This document shows positions 37,278 to 47,763 of a stretch of DNA of 64,000 bases, in pieces; position 1 is the first letter of the stretch; every line of letters begins with the position of its first letter. Under the pieces are notes generated by a model. It saw only the letters and a list, made by a program, of their open reading frames with translations. It searched no databases and was not told the origin of the DNA. Where the stretch lies: the NCBI RefSeq assembly GCF_031291615.1, contig NZ_JARLIS010000035.1; one strand, written 5' to 3'. Made by a program: the position numbers and the translations under genes. This stretch comes from Parvibaculum sp. Its GTDB lineage: Bacteria > Pseudomonadota > Alphaproteobacteria > Parvibaculales > Parvibaculaceae.

Positions 37278-37976
37278 ATGACGCCCGACGATCAAAAGAA
37301 GGCCGCCGCCATTCGCGCCCTCGATTTCGTCGAGAGCGGCATGAAGCTCGGCCTCGGCACGGGGTCGACGGCGGAGCATTTCGTGCATGCGCTCGCCGAA
37401 CGCGTGGCGGGCGGCCTCAAGATCGTCGGCGTGCCGACCTCCGAGCGCACGGCCAGGCTTGCAACGAAGCTCGGCATTCCCTTGTCGAACCTCGACGACA
37501 CGCCGCATCTCGACCTCACGGTCGATGGTGCGGATGAGCTTGACGGCGCGCTTCGCCTCATCAAGGGCGGCGGCGGCGCGCTGTTGCGCGAAAAGATCGT
37601 CGCCACCTCCTCCGATCGCATGCTCGTCATCGCCGATGCATCGAAACTCGTGCGCACGCTCGGGGCTTTTCCGTTGCCGGTCGAAGTCATCCCCTTCGGC
37701 GCGGTTTCGACGGCGGGCCGGATTGCCGAAGTCGCAAGCGCCTTCGGCTGCCACGGCAAGATCGCGCGGCGCGTCGACAGCTATGGCGAACCCTTTTTCA
37801 CGGACTCCGCCAACTTTATTTTCGACTGCTCTTTCGGGCGCATCCCTGATCCCGATGGTCTGGCCGCCGCGCTGAACCTCATTCCCGGTGTCGTCGAAAC
37901 GGGCCTGTTCATCGGCATCGCCGCCGCCGCCCTTGTCGGAACGCCTTCGGGTGTCGATATGATAGAGGTGAATTGA
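37278..37976 (+). CDS. rpiA: ribose-5-phosphate isomerase A
   Basis: 232 aa. [28 protein letters not shown]. Confidence 0.9.
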   Translation: MTPDDQKKAAAIRALDFVESGMKLGLGTGSTAEHFVHALAERVAGGLKIVGVPTSERTARLATKLGIPLSNLDDTPHLDLTVDGADELDGALRLIKGGGGALLREKIVATSSDRMLVIADASKLVRTLGAFPLPVEVIPFGAVSTAGRIAEVASAFGCHGKIARRVDSYGEPFFTDSANFIFDCSFGRIPDPDGLAAALNLIPGVVETGLFIGIAAAALVGTPSGVDMIEVN

Positions 37977-37984
37977 CGGCCATG

Positions 37985-38083
37985 CTTCGAGACGAGCGGA
38001 CTGCGCCCGCTCTCCTCAGCATGAGGTTGTTTTTTTGAATAAATCCTCACCCTGAGGAGGCGCAGAACGCGCCGTCTCGAAGG
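37985..38083. repeat. long palindromic repeat family R2 (about 90-100 nt hairpin element)
   Basis: CTTCGAGACG...CTCCTCAGCATGAGG...CCTCACCCTGAGGAGG...CGTCTCGAAGG. A second copy lies at 41137-41220. Confidence 0.75.
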
Positions 38084-38103
38084 GTGCGGCCCGGAGCGGA
38101 CAC

Positions 38104-39489
38104 ATGACCAAGTACGACTACGACCTCTTCGTCATCGGCGCGGGCTCCGGCGGCGTCCGCGCCAGCCGCGTCGCCTCCATGCATGGCGCCAAGGTCGGCG
38201 TGGCGGAGGAATACCGCGTCGGCGGCACCTGCGTCATTCGCGGCTGCGTGCCGAAGAAATTATTCGTCTATGCAAGCCAGTTCGCGGAAGAATTCGAAGA
38301 CGCCGAAGGCTTCGGCTGGACGGTCGGCGAAACGAGTTTCTCCTGGACGAAGCTCGTCGCTAACAAGGACAAGGAAATCGACCGGCTCAACGGCATCTAC
38401 ATCCGCAACATGGAGCGTGCAGGCGTCGAGATCATCCAGACCCGCGCTTATCTGAAAGACGCGCACACCGTCCATCTCGTCGCGCAAGGCCGCGACGTGA
38501 CGGCGGACAAAATTCTAATCGCCACGGGTGCGCGCGCCTTCAAGCCGGTCGGCCTTCCCGGCATCGAGCACGCCATCACCTCGAACGAAGCCTTTCACCT
38601 GCCCGAATTGCCGGAACACATCGTCGTGGTCGGCGGCGGATATATCGCGGTCGAATTCGCCGGCATCTTCAACGGCCTCGGCGTCGAGACGACGCTTCTC
38701 TATCGCGGCGAGAAGATCCTGCGCGGCTTCGACGACGATCTGCGCACAGGCCTCATGGATGAAATCCGCAAGAAGGGTGTCGATCTCCGCACCGACACCG
38801 ACATCACGGCCATTGCGCGCGAAGGCGGGCGCTTCGTCGTGACGCTCAACGACGGCAGCACGCTCGAAACCGGTCTCGTCATGTATGCGACGGGCCGCGT
38901 GCCCAACACGCCGGGCCTCGGCCTTGAAGAAGCGGGCGTCGCCCTGAAGAAGGACGGCGCCGTCGCCGTCGACAAGTTCTCGCAAACGAATGTGCCGAAC
39001 ATCTATGCCGTCGGCGATGTGACGAACCGCGCGAACCTCACCCCCATCGCGATCCGCGAGGGACAGGCTTTCGCCGAAACGGTTTTCAACAAGAACCCCA
39101 TCGCCGTCGATCACTCGATCATCCCGACGGCCGTCTTTTCGCAGCCCGAGCTTGGCACCATCGGCCTCACCGAGCAGCAGGCGCGCGAGAAATTCGGCGC
39201 CGTCGACATCTACAAGACGACCTTCCGCGCCATGAAGCACACCATGACCGGCCGCGATGAAAAGACCTTCATGAAGCTGGTGGTCGATGCCGCGACCGAC
39301 CGCGTGCTTGGCGTCCACCTGATGGGCCCGGCGTCGGGCGAGATCATCCAGGCGGTCGGCATCGCCGTCACCATGGGCGCGACCAAGAAGCAGTTCGACC
39401 AGACCGTTGCCGTCCATCCGACGGCGGGCGAGGAGCTGGTGACGCTCAAGGAGAAGTGGGTTCCCCCGGCGGCAAAAGCGGCGGATTAA
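38104..39489 (+). CDS. gor: glutathione-disulfide reductase
   Basis: 461 aa. GAGSGG, redox-active [14 protein letters not shown]-terminal [10 protein letters not shown]. Confidence 0.9.
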   Translation: MTKYDYDLFVIGAGSGGVRASRVASMHGAKVGVAEEYRVGGTCVIRGCVPKKLFVYASQFAEEFEDAEGFGWTVGETSFSWTKLVANKDKEIDRLNGIYIRNMERAGVEIIQTRAYLKDAHTVHLVAQGRDVTADKILIATGARAFKPVGLPGIEHAITSNEAFHLPELPEHIVVVGGGYIAVEFAGIFNGLGVETTLLYRGEKILRGFDDDLRTGLMDEIRKKGVDLRTDTDITAIAREGGRFVVTLNDGSTLETGLVMYATGRVPNTPGLGLEEAGVALKKDGAVAVDKFSQTNVPNIYAVGDVTNRANLTPIAIREGQAFAETVFNKNPIAVDHSIIPTAVFSQPELGTIGLTEQQAREKFGAVDIYKTTFRAMKHTMTGRDEKTFMKLVVDAATDRVLGVHLMGPASGEIIQAVGIAVTMGATKKQFDQTVAVHPTAGEELVTLKEKWVPPAAKAAD

Positions 39490-39567
39490 CCGTCTTTTTC
39501 GACTGTTCCGAGCGGAATCAGGGGCTTACACTTCACTTTTATGGACCCGTGCCTTATATCCAAGCCC

Positions 39568-39646
39568 TTCATGGCCCGGTCTGTCCGGGCCATCCACGCC
39601 TTATTTTTGTGCTGAAGACGTGGATGACCCGGACCGACCGGGTCAT
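39568..39646. repeat. repeat family R1, inverted pair upstream of the DAHP synthase gene
   Basis: TCATGGCCCGGTCTGTCCGGGCCATCCACG ... CGTGGATGACCCGGACCGACCGGGTCAT. Same arm architecture as 2217-2299. Confidence 0.65.
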
Positions 39647-39682
39647 AGCGGTGAAGACATAGGGTTGTTAGAGGCGACGATC

Positions 39683-41074
39683 ATGGCGGAGACATGGACC
39701 CCGGAGAGCTGGAGGACGAAACCCTCGAAGCATCTCCCGATTTACCCGGACGCGGTGGCCTTGAAGGCCGTCGAGGCCCGCTTGCGCTCCTATCCGCCGC
39801 TGGTTTTTGCAGGCGAGGCGCGCAAGCTGAAGAGCGAGCTGGCCCAGGTCTGCGAGGGCAAGGCTTTCCTGCTTCAGGGAGGCGACTGCGCCGAGAGCTT
39901 CGCCGAATTCTCCGCCGACAATATCCGCGACACGTTCCGCGTGCTGCTGCAAATGGCGGTCGCGCTGACATTCGCCGCCGCCTCGCCGGTGGTGAAGGTC
40001 GGCCGCATCGCCGGCCAGTTCGCAAAGCCGCGTTCCGCGCCCGAGGAGACGATCGGCAATGTGACGCTGCCGTCCTATCTCGGCGACAACATCAACGGCA
40101 TAGAGTTCACGGCCGAGGCCCGTATCCCGGACCCCGAGAGGCTCCTGCGCGCCTATTCGCAATCGGCCTCGACGCTGAACCTCATCCGCGCTTTCGCGAC
40201 GGGCGGCTATGCCGATCTCGATTTCGTGCACCGCTGGAATCTCGGCTTCGTCGCCGACAGTCCGGAAGGTGCGCGCTATGAGGAACTGGCGAACCGCATC
40301 ACCGAAGCGCTCGACTTCATGCGCGCCTGCGGCATCGACAGCGAAACGCAGCCGCAGCTCCACACGACGGAGTTCTACACGAGCCATGAAGCGCTGCTGC
40401 TCGGCTTTGAGCAGGCGATGACGCGCATCGACTCGACGACGGGTGATTGGTACGACACATCGGCCCACATGCTCTGGATCGGCGACCGCACGCGCCAGCC
40501 CGATCACGGCCATGTCGAGTTCCTGCGCGGCGTGAAGAACCCGATCGGCATGAAGTGTGGCCCCTCGCTCGACCCGGAAGAGCTGGTGCGCCTCACCGAC
40601 ATTCTGAACCCGAAAAACGAACCGGGCAGGCTGACGCTCATCTGCCGCTTCGGTTCGGAGAATGTCGAGAAGCACCTGCCGCCGCTCATCCGCGCCATCC
40701 AGCGCGAAGGCAAGAAGGTTGTCTGGTCCAGCGATCCGATGCACGGCAACACGATCAAGGCGTCGAACGGCTACAAGACGCGCCCCGTCGACCGTGTGCT
40801 GAAGGAAGTGCAGTCCTTCATGGCCGTGCACCGCGCCGAAGGCACGCATGCGGGCGGCGTCCATTTCGAGATGACCGGCCAGAACGTCACCGAATGCATC
40901 GGCGGCGCGCAGGCCATTACCGAAGGCGACCTTGCCGACCGTTACCACACGCATTGCGACCCGCGCCTCAATGCGAGCCAGGCGCTGGAACTCGCCTTCC
41001 TTCTCGCCGAAGGCCTGAAGCGCGAGCGCCAGGAACAGCAGAAGAAACAGATCGCCGCCGTCGGCGCGCGCTGA
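39683..41074 (+). CDS. class II 3-deoxy-7-phosphoheptulonate (DAHP) synthase
   Basis: 463 aa from ATG 39683. [51 protein letters not shown]. Confidence 0.9.
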   Translation: MAETWTPESWRTKPSKHLPIYPDAVALKAVEARLRSYPPLVFAGEARKLKSELAQVCEGKAFLLQGGDCAESFAEFSADNIRDTFRVLLQMAVALTFAAASPVVKVGRIAGQFAKPRSAPEETIGNVTLPSYLGDNINGIEFTAEARIPDPERLLRAYSQSASTLNLIRAFATGGYADLDFVHRWNLGFVADSPEGARYEELANRITEALDFMRACGIDSETQPQLHTTEFYTSHEALLLGFEQAMTRIDSTTGDWYDTSAHMLWIGDRTRQPDHGHVEFLRGVKNPIGMKCGPSLDPEELVRLTDILNPKNEPGRLTLICRFGSENVEKHLPPLIRAIQREGKKVVWSSDPMHGNTIKASNGYKTRPVDRVLKEVQSFMAVHRAEGTHAGGVHFEMTGQNVTECIGGAQAITEGDLADRYHTHCDPRLNASQALELAFLLAEGLKRERQEQQKKQIAAVGAR

Positions 41075-41094
41075 AAACTTCGCAGACGAAATGG

Positions 41095-41124
41095 AAAAGG
41101 CCCGGTGGAAACGCCGGGCCTTTT
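41095..41124 (+). terminator. Rho-independent terminator of the DAHP synthase gene
   Basis: AAAAGGCCCGG-TGGAAACG-CCGGGCCTTTT followed by ATGTTT. Confidence 0.8.
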
Positions 41125-41136
41125 ATGTTTGGCGAT

Positions 41137-41220
41137 CCTTCGAGACGCGGCTTCGCCGCTCCTCAGGATGAGGAACATGAAAACCTCATCCTGAGGAGGG
41201 CCGAAGGCCCGTCTCGAAGG
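41137..41220. repeat. long palindromic repeat family R2, second copy
   Basis: CCTTCGAGACG...CTCCTCAGGATGAGG...CCTCATCCTGAGGAGG...CGTCTCGAAGG. Confidence 0.75.
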
Positions 41221-41233
41221 ATGCCCGCACTCC

Positions 41234-42250
41234 CTAGCTCACCTTCACCAGCCGCCGCCCGTGGTTCTCGCCCTCGAACAGGCCGATAAAGGCCTTGGCA
41301 GAACCTTCGATCCCTTCCGACACGTCTTCCGTGTAGATGAGCTTGCCCTCATGGATCCAGCCCGCCATTTCGGTCTGCGCGGCGCGGAATTCCTTGAAGT
41401 AGTCGAAGACGACAAGCCCTTCCATCCTGAGCTTGTGCGTGATGAAGCGCGTCACATTGCGGATGCCGACGAGTTCATTGTCGGCGCGGTTATATTCGCT
41501 GACCTGGCCGGAGACGACGATGCGCCCGTGGTCCTTCATGTTGAGGATCGCGGCATCGAGCATCGCGCCGCCCACATTGTCGAAATAGATATCGACGCCG
41601 CCGGGGCAGGCCGCCGCCATCACCGCGCGCAGATCCTTCGCCTCGCGGTAGTTGATCGCGCCGTCGAAGCCGAGACCCTTCACGTAGTCGCATTTCTCTT
41701 TCGAGCCCGCGATGCCGACGACCTTGCAGCCCTTCATCTTGGCGATCTGTCCCGCCGTCGCGCCCACGGGCCCCGCCGCCGATGAGATCAGCACCGTGTC
41801 GCCTTCCTTCGGCTTGCCGAGATCGAGCAGCCCGAAATAGGAGGTGAGCCCGGGAATGCCGAGCACGCCGATGGCCGCCGTGGGGCGCAGCTTGCCGTGA
41901 TAGATTTTCGGATCGAGCACCTGTACGCCGCGCCCGTTGGAAAGCGCATGGCTCACCCAGCCGAAGCCGCCGGTCACGCGGTCGCCCACCTTGAACTTTT
42001 CGTTCTTCGATGCCTCGACAATGCCGACCATCGCGCTGTCGATCGTGTCGCCGACGGGAAGTGCCGCCGTGTAGCTGTCGCCCGACAGCCGCCCGCGCAT
42101 GCCGGGATCGACGGAGTGAAATTCCGTGCGGATGAGAATTTCATGCTCGCCGGGATCGGCAAGCGTGATCTCCTCCAACCGAAAATTATCGAGCTTCGGC
42201 TTTCCCGTCGGGCGCGAGGCCAGCACCCAGCGTTTGGCTTTTGTCGGCAT
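41234..42250 (-). CDS. NADP-dependent oxidoreductase, MDR family (alkenal/enone reductase, YncB/PTGR1-like), paralog 1
   Basis: 338 aa from ATG 42250, with GGAGGA RBS. SVDPGMRGR, GIPGLTSYFGL, SAAAGPVGATAGQIAK, YFDNVGG. Confidence 0.85.
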   Translation of the reverse strand: MPTKAKRWVLASRPTGKPKLDNFRLEEITLADPGEHEILIRTEFHSVDPGMRGRLSGDSYTAALPVGDTIDSAMVGIVEASKNEKFKVGDRVTGGFGWVSHALSNGRGVQVLDPKIYHGKLRPTAAIGVLGIPGLTSYFGLLDLGKPKEGDTVLISSAAGPVGATAGQIAKMKGCKVVGIAGSKEKCDYVKGLGFDGAINYREAKDLRAVMAAACPGGVDIYFDNVGGAMLDAAILNMKDHGRIVVSGQVSEYNRADNELVGIRNVTRFITHKLRMEGLVVFDYFKEFRAAQTEMAGWIHEGKLIYTEDVSEGIEGSAKAFIGLFEGENHGRRLVKVS

Positions 42251-42295
42251 GGCTTCTTTTCCTCCCACTTTCGCGATCCGCCCTTGCGAGCGAAG

Positions 42296-42336
42296 CGAAG
42301 CAATCCAGTCGGCTTTTGCCACTTTGGATTGCTTCG
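42296..42336. repeat. 12-bp perfect inverted repeat between reductase paralogs 1 and 2
   Basis: CGAAGCAATCCA-N17-TGGATTGCTTCG. Adjacent small hairpin GGCC-TTC-GGCC. Confidence 0.6.
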
Positions 42337-42370
42337 GCCTTCGGCCTCTCAATGACGAACAAGAAGTCGT

Positions 42371-43396
42371 CTAAACCGCCTTGTCCGGCCCGATCTTCAC
42401 CAGCATCTTGCCGGTGTTCCCGCCGGAGAAAAGTTTGATGAAGGCGTTCGGCGCATTCTCGATGCCGTTCTCGACCGTCTCCTGCCACTTCATCTTGCCG
42501 GCTTTGATGAGCTTGCCCATCTCCGCGTAGAACGCCGGAATGATGTCGAGATGGTTCGAGACGATGAAGCCTTGCAGCTTCAGGCTCTTGCCCACCGCCA
42601 TGATGATGTTCGACGGGCCGGGGCGGGGCGCGGTGTCGTTATACTGCTCGATCATGCCGCACAGCGCGAGACGGCCGAAGGGCTTCATGTGGTTGATCGC
42701 GGCTTCGAGATGCTTGCCGCCGACATTCTCGAAATAGACGTCGATGCCCTTCGGAAATGCCTTGCCGACCGCTTCGTTGAGATCGCCGCAGGTCTTGTAG
42801 TTGATCGCCTTGTCGATGCCGGCTTCCTTTTCGAGCCAGCGGCATTTGTCGTCCGAGCCCGCCGAGCCGACGACATAGGCGCCATGCGCCTTGGCAAGCT
42901 GGCAGACAACCTGACCGACCGCGCCCGACGCCGCCGAGACGAAGACCGTCTCGCCGTCCTTGAACTCGCCGATCTTGAAAAGGCCTGCATAGGCCGTCAT
43001 GCCCGGCATGCCGAGCGCGCCGAGATAGGCCTCGATGGGTCCGAGCGAGGGGTCGATCTTCTGGAAGGTCTCGGCCTTCGCAACTTCATATTCGCGCCAG
43101 CCATACATGCTCTGCACATAATCGCCGACGGCGAGCTTCGGCGATTTCGACGCGACCACCTGGCCGATTGCGCCGCCCTGCAACGGCTCGCCGATCTGGA
43201 AGGGAGGCACATAGCTCTGCCGGTCCATCATGCGCCCGCGCATATAGGGATCGACCGACATCCAAATGTTGCGCACCAGCACCTCGCCGTCATTCGGCTG
43301 GGCGACATTGCGCGTCGCCAGCTCGAAATTGGCCGCGGCGGGCACGCCTTCGGGCCGCGACTTCAGGCGGATTTCCTTCGAGACGATATTCGACAT
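42371..43396 (-). CDS. NADP-dependent oxidoreductase, MDR family (enone reductase-like), paralog 2
   Basis: 341 aa from ATG 43396, with GGGAGAG RBS. SVDPYMRGRM, GMPGMTAYAGL, SAASGAVGQVVCQLAK, YFENVGG. Confidence 0.85.
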   Translation of the reverse strand: MSNIVSKEIRLKSRPEGVPAAANFELATRNVAQPNDGEVLVRNIWMSVDPYMRGRMMDRQSYVPPFQIGEPLQGGAIGQVVASKSPKLAVGDYVQSMYGWREYEVAKAETFQKIDPSLGPIEAYLGALGMPGMTAYAGLFKIGEFKDGETVFVSAASGAVGQVVCQLAKAHGAYVVGSAGSDDKCRWLEKEAGIDKAINYKTCGDLNEAVGKAFPKGIDVYFENVGGKHLEAAINHMKPFGRLALCGMIEQYNDTAPRPGPSNIIMAVGKSLKLQGFIVSNHLDIIPAFYAEMGKLIKAGKMKWQETVENGIENAPNAFIKLFSGGNTGKMLVKIGPDKAV

Positions 43397-43494
43397 GGGG
43401 CTCTCCCTTGAGTTGTTGTTGGGGAGAGTAAACACGCTTTTGCCCCCGCCCGGTAGTTCGGACGGGAGCAATGCCTGTTCGGAAATTTACGCCT

Positions 43495-44499
43495 TCAGGC
43501 GACGCGCACCATCCGCTTGCCGATATTGTCGCCCGCGAGCAGCCCGATCAGCGCCTGCGGCGTGTTCTCGAGCCCCGTCATGATGTCTTCGCGCACCTTG
43601 ATCTTGCCGGCCTTGACCCAGGATTGAAGGTCCGCCAGCGCCTTGTCGCGCTGGTCGTTGAAGTCGGTCAGGATGAAGCCCTGCATGGTCAGCCGCTTGA
43701 CGACGATGAGGCCGGGAATGCCGCGCGGCCCATGCGCGGGCGCCGCGCCGTCATATTGCGACACGGCCCCGCAGCAGGCGATGCGGCCGTAATTGTTCAT
43801 GCCGAACAGGCAGGCTTCCAGAATGTCGCCGCCCACATTGTCGAAATAGACGTCGATGCCCTTGGGTGCTGCGGCGCGCAGCGCCTTGCCCACGGCTTCT
43901 TTCTTGTAGTTGATCGCGTGATCGAAGCCGAGTTCGCTTTTCAGCAGCGCGCATTTGTCGTCGCCGCCGGCAATGCCGATGACCGTGCAGCCCTTGAGCT
44001 TGGCGATCTGGCCGACGATGGAGCCAACCGAGCCCGCCGCCGCCGAGACGACGACTGTGTCGCCCGCCTTCGGCTTACCCACATCGAGCAGCCCGTGATA
44101 GGCGGTCAGCCCCGCAACGCCATAGACGCTGAGGAGATGGCTCAAGGGTTCCATCGCCGCAACCTTCTGCGCGCTCTTGGCGGGAACGGCGGCAAATTCC
44201 TGCCAGCCCGTATCCGAGAAAACGAGGTCGCCCGCCTTGAAGCCCGGCGCCTTCGCCTCGATCACTTCGCCGATGGAGCCGCCGGCCATGACCGTGCCGG
44301 CTTCGACCGCCGAGCGATAAGTCGCCCCCTGCATCCAGGCGCGGTTGGCCGCGTCCAGCGAAATGAGCTTCACCTTGACGAGGATTTCGCCGTCTTTCGG
44401 CGTCGGAATCTGCCCCTGATTGAGCTTGAAATTGCCGGCCTCAAGTTTCCCTTTCGGCGTTTCGACGAGAAGTATCTGGCGGTTCGTACCCGTGGCCAT
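43495..44499 (-). CDS. NADP-dependent oxidoreductase, MDR family (enone reductase-like), paralog 3
   Basis: 334 aa. SLDAANRAWM, GVAGLTAYHGL, SAAAGSVGSIVGQIAK, YFDNVGG. Confidence 0.85.
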   Translation of the reverse strand: MATGTNRQILLVETPKGKLEAGNFKLNQGQIPTPKDGEILVKVKLISLDAANRAWMQGATYRSAVEAGTVMAGGSIGEVIEAKAPGFKAGDLVFSDTGWQEFAAVPAKSAQKVAAMEPLSHLLSVYGVAGLTAYHGLLDVGKPKAGDTVVVSAAAGSVGSIVGQIAKLKGCTVIGIAGGDDKCALLKSELGFDHAINYKKEAVGKALRAAAPKGIDVYFDNVGGDILEACLFGMNNYGRIACCGAVSQYDGAAPAHGPRGIPGLIVVKRLTMQGFILTDFNDQRDKALADLQSWVKAGKIKVREDIMTGLENTPQALIGLLAGDNIGKRMVRVA

Positions 44500-44669
44500 T
44501 TGTCGTTCCTCCCGGTTTATGTCGTTGGGGAGAGCTTATCGGCATTGCCACCTCCGCGCATCCGGTGAAACTCGGGGCCCCCGCTCATCCCTGAACTATT
44601 GTTCGCCCGGCCTGCACGGGATAGAAACGCCGGTAGCTGCTACGCTCTCCGCATAGAATTTGTGGCCTT

Positions 44670-46331
44670 ATGACCGACAAGCTCCGCATCGCGCTCGCCC
44701 AGCTCAACCCGACCGTGGGCGACATCGCCGGCAACCTGAAAAAGGCGGTCGAGGCGCGGCGCGTGGCAGCCGCCGCCGGCGCCGACCTCATTGTCTTCAG
44801 CGAGCTCTTTCTGGCCGGCTATCCGCCGGAAGATCTGGTGCTGAAGCCGGCCTTCCAGCGCGCCGCCGCCGAAGCCGCGGGCGAGCTTGCCCGCCAGACG
44901 GCCGATGGCGGCCCCGCTGTCCTCGTCGGCGCGCCCTGGGTCGAAGAGGGAAGGCTGATGAACGCCGTCCTCTATCTCGACGCGGGCGAGATCAAGGGCC
45001 ACCGCTTCAAGGTCCACCTGCCGAATTATGGCGTCTTCGACGAGCCGCGCGTCTTCCAGCCGGGCCCCATGCCGGGCCCGCTCAACATTCGCGGCGTCCG
45101 CATCGGCGTGCCGATCTGCGAGGACATCTGGCTCACCGATGTCGTCGAATGTCTTGAGGAGACGGGCGCCGAACTTCTGCTAGTGCCCAACGGCTCGCCC
45201 TATGACGCCGACAAGTTCGACGCGCGCATGCAGCTCGTCGTCTCGCGCATCAGGGAGACCGGCCTGCCGCTTGCCTATGTGAACCAGTTCGGCGGACAGG
45301 ACGAGCTTGTCTTCGATGGTGGCTCCTTCGTCGTCAATGCCGACTTCTCGCTCGCTGTCCAGATGCCCGCCTGGGAAGAGCGCGTGACCATCACCGACTG
45401 GTCGCGTGGCGCGAGCGGCTGGGTCTGCGCGCCGGGCGAAAAGGCGCTGGTCGAGGAAGACCTTGAGTCCGTCTATCTCGCCGTGGTGCAGGGTCTTCGC
45501 GACTATGTGCGCAAGAACCGCTTTCCCGGCGTCGTGCTCGGCCTCTCCGGCGGCATCGACAGTGCGCTCGTCGCCGCCATCGCCGCCGACGCGCTCGGAC
45601 CCGATAAGGTCCATTGCATCATGCTGCCCTATCGCTACACATCGAGCGAAAGCCTGACCGACGCCGAGGCCTGCGCCAAGGCCATCGGCGTGCGCTACGA
45701 CGTGGTGCCGATCGAAAAACCCGTCGCGGGATTCACAGACGCGCTCGAAAAACTTTTCGAAGGCACGCAGTCCGACACGACGGAGGAAAACCTTCAGTCG
45801 CGCACGCGCGGCGTCATCCTGATGGCTGTGTCCAACAAGTTCGGCGCGCTGGTGCTGACCACCGGCAACAAGTCGGAAGTTTCGGCGGGCTACGCCACGC
45901 TCTATGGCGACATGAACGGCGGCTACAATCCGATCAAGGACCTTTACAAGATGAAGGTCTTCGCGCTGTCGCGCTGGCGCAACGCCCATCGTCCCAAGGG
46001 CTGCCTCGGGCCGCAGGGCATCGTCATCCCCGAGCGCATCATCACGCGCCCGCCCTCGGCCGAGCTTCGTCCAGACCAGAAGGACGAGGACTCGCTCCCG
46101 CCTTATCCGATGCTCGACGCGATCCTCGAATGTCTCGTCGAAAAGGAAATGTCGATCCGCGACATCGTTGCGCTGGGCTATGACCGCGCCGTCGTGAAGC
46201 GCATCGAGCACCTTCTCTACATCTCCGAATACAAGCGCCGCCAGGCCGCCCCCGGCGTCAAGATCACCGCCCGCAACTTCGGCCGCGACCGCCGCTACCC
46301 CATCACCAACGGCTTCCGCGATGCCGATTGA
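44670..46331 (+). CDS. nadE: glutamine-dependent NAD+ synthetase
   Basis: 553 aa. N-terminal CN-hydrolase domain ([20 protein letters not shown]) plus NAD synthase domain ([17 protein letters not shown]). Confidence 0.9.
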   Translation: MTDKLRIALAQLNPTVGDIAGNLKKAVEARRVAAAAGADLIVFSELFLAGYPPEDLVLKPAFQRAAAEAAGELARQTADGGPAVLVGAPWVEEGRLMNAVLYLDAGEIKGHRFKVHLPNYGVFDEPRVFQPGPMPGPLNIRGVRIGVPICEDIWLTDVVECLEETGAELLLVPNGSPYDADKFDARMQLVVSRIRETGLPLAYVNQFGGQDELVFDGGSFVVNADFSLAVQMPAWEERVTITDWSRGASGWVCAPGEKALVEEDLESVYLAVVQGLRDYVRKNRFPGVVLGLSGGIDSALVAAIAADALGPDKVHCIMLPYRYTSSESLTDAEACAKAIGVRYDVVPIEKPVAGFTDALEKLFEGTQSDTTEENLQSRTRGVILMAVSNKFGALVLTTGNKSEVSAGYATLYGDMNGGYNPIKDLYKMKVFALSRWRNAHRPKGCLGPQGIVIPERIITRPPSAELRPDQKDEDSLPPYPMLDAILECLVEKEMSIRDIVALGYDRAVVKRIEHLLYISEYKRRQAAPGVKITARNFGRDRRYPITNGFRDAD

Positions 46332-47670
46332 TCGCGTCACCGTCCGCTTCGCGCCGAGCCCCACGGGCAAGCTCCATGTCGGCAATGTGCGCGCCGCGCT
46401 CTTCAACTATCTCTTCGTGCGCAAGGCCGGCGGCGCCTATCTCCTGCGCCTCGACGACACCGATCTCGACCGCTCGACGGCGGAATTCGCCCAAGGCATC
46501 GAGACCGATCTCGCTTGGCTCGGCATTCGCCACGATCTCTTCGCCCGCCAGTCGGACCGCATCGCCGCCTATGAGGCCGCCGCCGACCGGCTCAAGGCCT
46601 CGGGCCGCCTCTATCCCTGCTACGAGACTGCGGCCGAACTGACCCGCAAGCGCAACCGCCAGCTCGCGCAGAAGAAGCCGCCGGTTTACGACCGCGCCGC
46701 GCTGAAACTGACGGATGAGGAAAAGCGCGCGCTGGAAGCCGAGGGCCGCAAGCCCCATTGGCGGTTTCTGCTTGCCGACGAGGACACGCGCTTTGTGGAC
46801 TTGATCCATGGCGAAACGCGCATCGATCCGCATTCGCTTTCCGATCCGGTGCTGATCCGCGAGGACGGCCGCTTCCTCTACACGCTGCCGAGTGTGGTGG
46901 ATGACATCGAGTTCGCCATCACCCATGTCATTCGCGGCGCGGACCACGTGACGAATACCGGCGTGCAGGTCCAGCTTGCCCGCGCGCTCGGCGCCGAGCC
47001 GCCGGTCTATGCGCATTTCTCGCTCCTCCAGAGCGTCGATGGCCGCCCGCTCTCGAAGCGCGAGGATGCCGACTTCTCGCTCGAAGCGCTGCGCAACGCG
47101 GGCTATGAGCCCATGGCGCTCAACTCGCTGCTCGCGCGCCTCGGCACCACCGACGCCATAGAGCCGCGCCAGACGCTGGAAGAGCTCGCCGCCGGCTTCG
47201 ACATTTCGCATCTCGGCCGCGCCGATATCCGCTTCGATCCGGCCGACCTCGACAAGATCAACGCCGCCTTCCTTCACATGCTGCCCTATGAGGCGGTGAT
47301 GGGCCGCCTCGGCGCGATGAAGTGCGATCTCGGCCGCGATTTCTGGGAAGCCGTGAAGCCGAACCTCGCCCGGTTCGCCGATGTGAAGGACTGGGCGCGC
47401 ATCGTCGAAGGCCCCGTCGCGCCCTCGATAGAGGACGCCGCCTTTGCAGCCGAAGCGGCGGACGCGCTGCCCGCCGAGCCCTGGGGGCCGGAGACATGGG
47501 GCCTCTGGACCAACGCCGTGAAGGAGAAATCCGGCCGCAAGGGCAAGGCGCTTTTCATGCCGCTTCGCCTCGCGCTGACCGGGCTTGAGCATGGACCGGA
47601 GCTGAAAAACCTGCTACCTCTCATCGGCAGAAAGCGGGCGGATGCCCGGCTTCGCGGTCTAAGCTCTTGA
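46321..47670 (+). CDS. gltX: glutamate--tRNA ligase
   Basis: 449 aa. [14 protein letters not shown] (HIGH), RGADH, PLSKR (KMSKS-like). Overlaps nadE by 11 nt. Confidence 0.9.
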   Translation: MPIDRVTVRFAPSPTGKLHVGNVRAALFNYLFVRKAGGAYLLRLDDTDLDRSTAEFAQGIETDLAWLGIRHDLFARQSDRIAAYEAAADRLKASGRLYPCYETAAELTRKRNRQLAQKKPPVYDRAALKLTDEEKRALEAEGRKPHWRFLLADEDTRFVDLIHGETRIDPHSLSDPVLIREDGRFLYTLPSVVDDIEFAITHVIRGADHVTNTGVQVQLARALGAEPPVYAHFSLLQSVDGRPLSKREDADFSLEALRNAGYEPMALNSLLARLGTTDAIEPRQTLEELAAGFDISHLGRADIRFDPADLDKINAAFLHMLPYEAVMGRLGAMKCDLGRDFWEAVKPNLARFADVKDWARIVEGPVAPSIEDAAFAAEAADALPAEPWGPETWGLWTNAVKEKSGRKGKALFMPLRLALTGLEHGPELKNLLPLIGRKRADARLRGLSS

Positions 47671-47700
47671 AAGAGCTGGATTATTTGTAACGGCGAGACG

Positions 47701-47763
47701 ATGGCAACCGACATGGCGATGAAACGCCGAGCCACGATTTGGGGTCTCATTATTACCGGCTGA
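47701..47763 (+). promoter_or_regulatory. candidate leader peptide ORF upstream of cimA (speculative)
   Basis: ATG...TGA encodes MATDMAMKRRATIWGLIITG (3 Ile, 1 Leu, 3 Thr). Lies in the 211-nt gltX-cimA spacer. No convincing terminator follows. Confidence 0.25.

Noticed and set aside
35730-37754. Other long antisense ORFs: 35730-37754, 25458-27419, 53148-55004, 58670-60217, 46303-47592, 45180-46406, 39668-40954, 61333-62316 and similar.
   Set aside because: Each lies opposite a gene with clear family motifs (gabD/rpiA, patatin, ABC transporter, MMPL, gltX, nadE, DAHP synthase, PilZ-MTase). Their translations are low-complexity R/A/G/D-rich strings without motifs. I judge them to be high-GC shadow frames.
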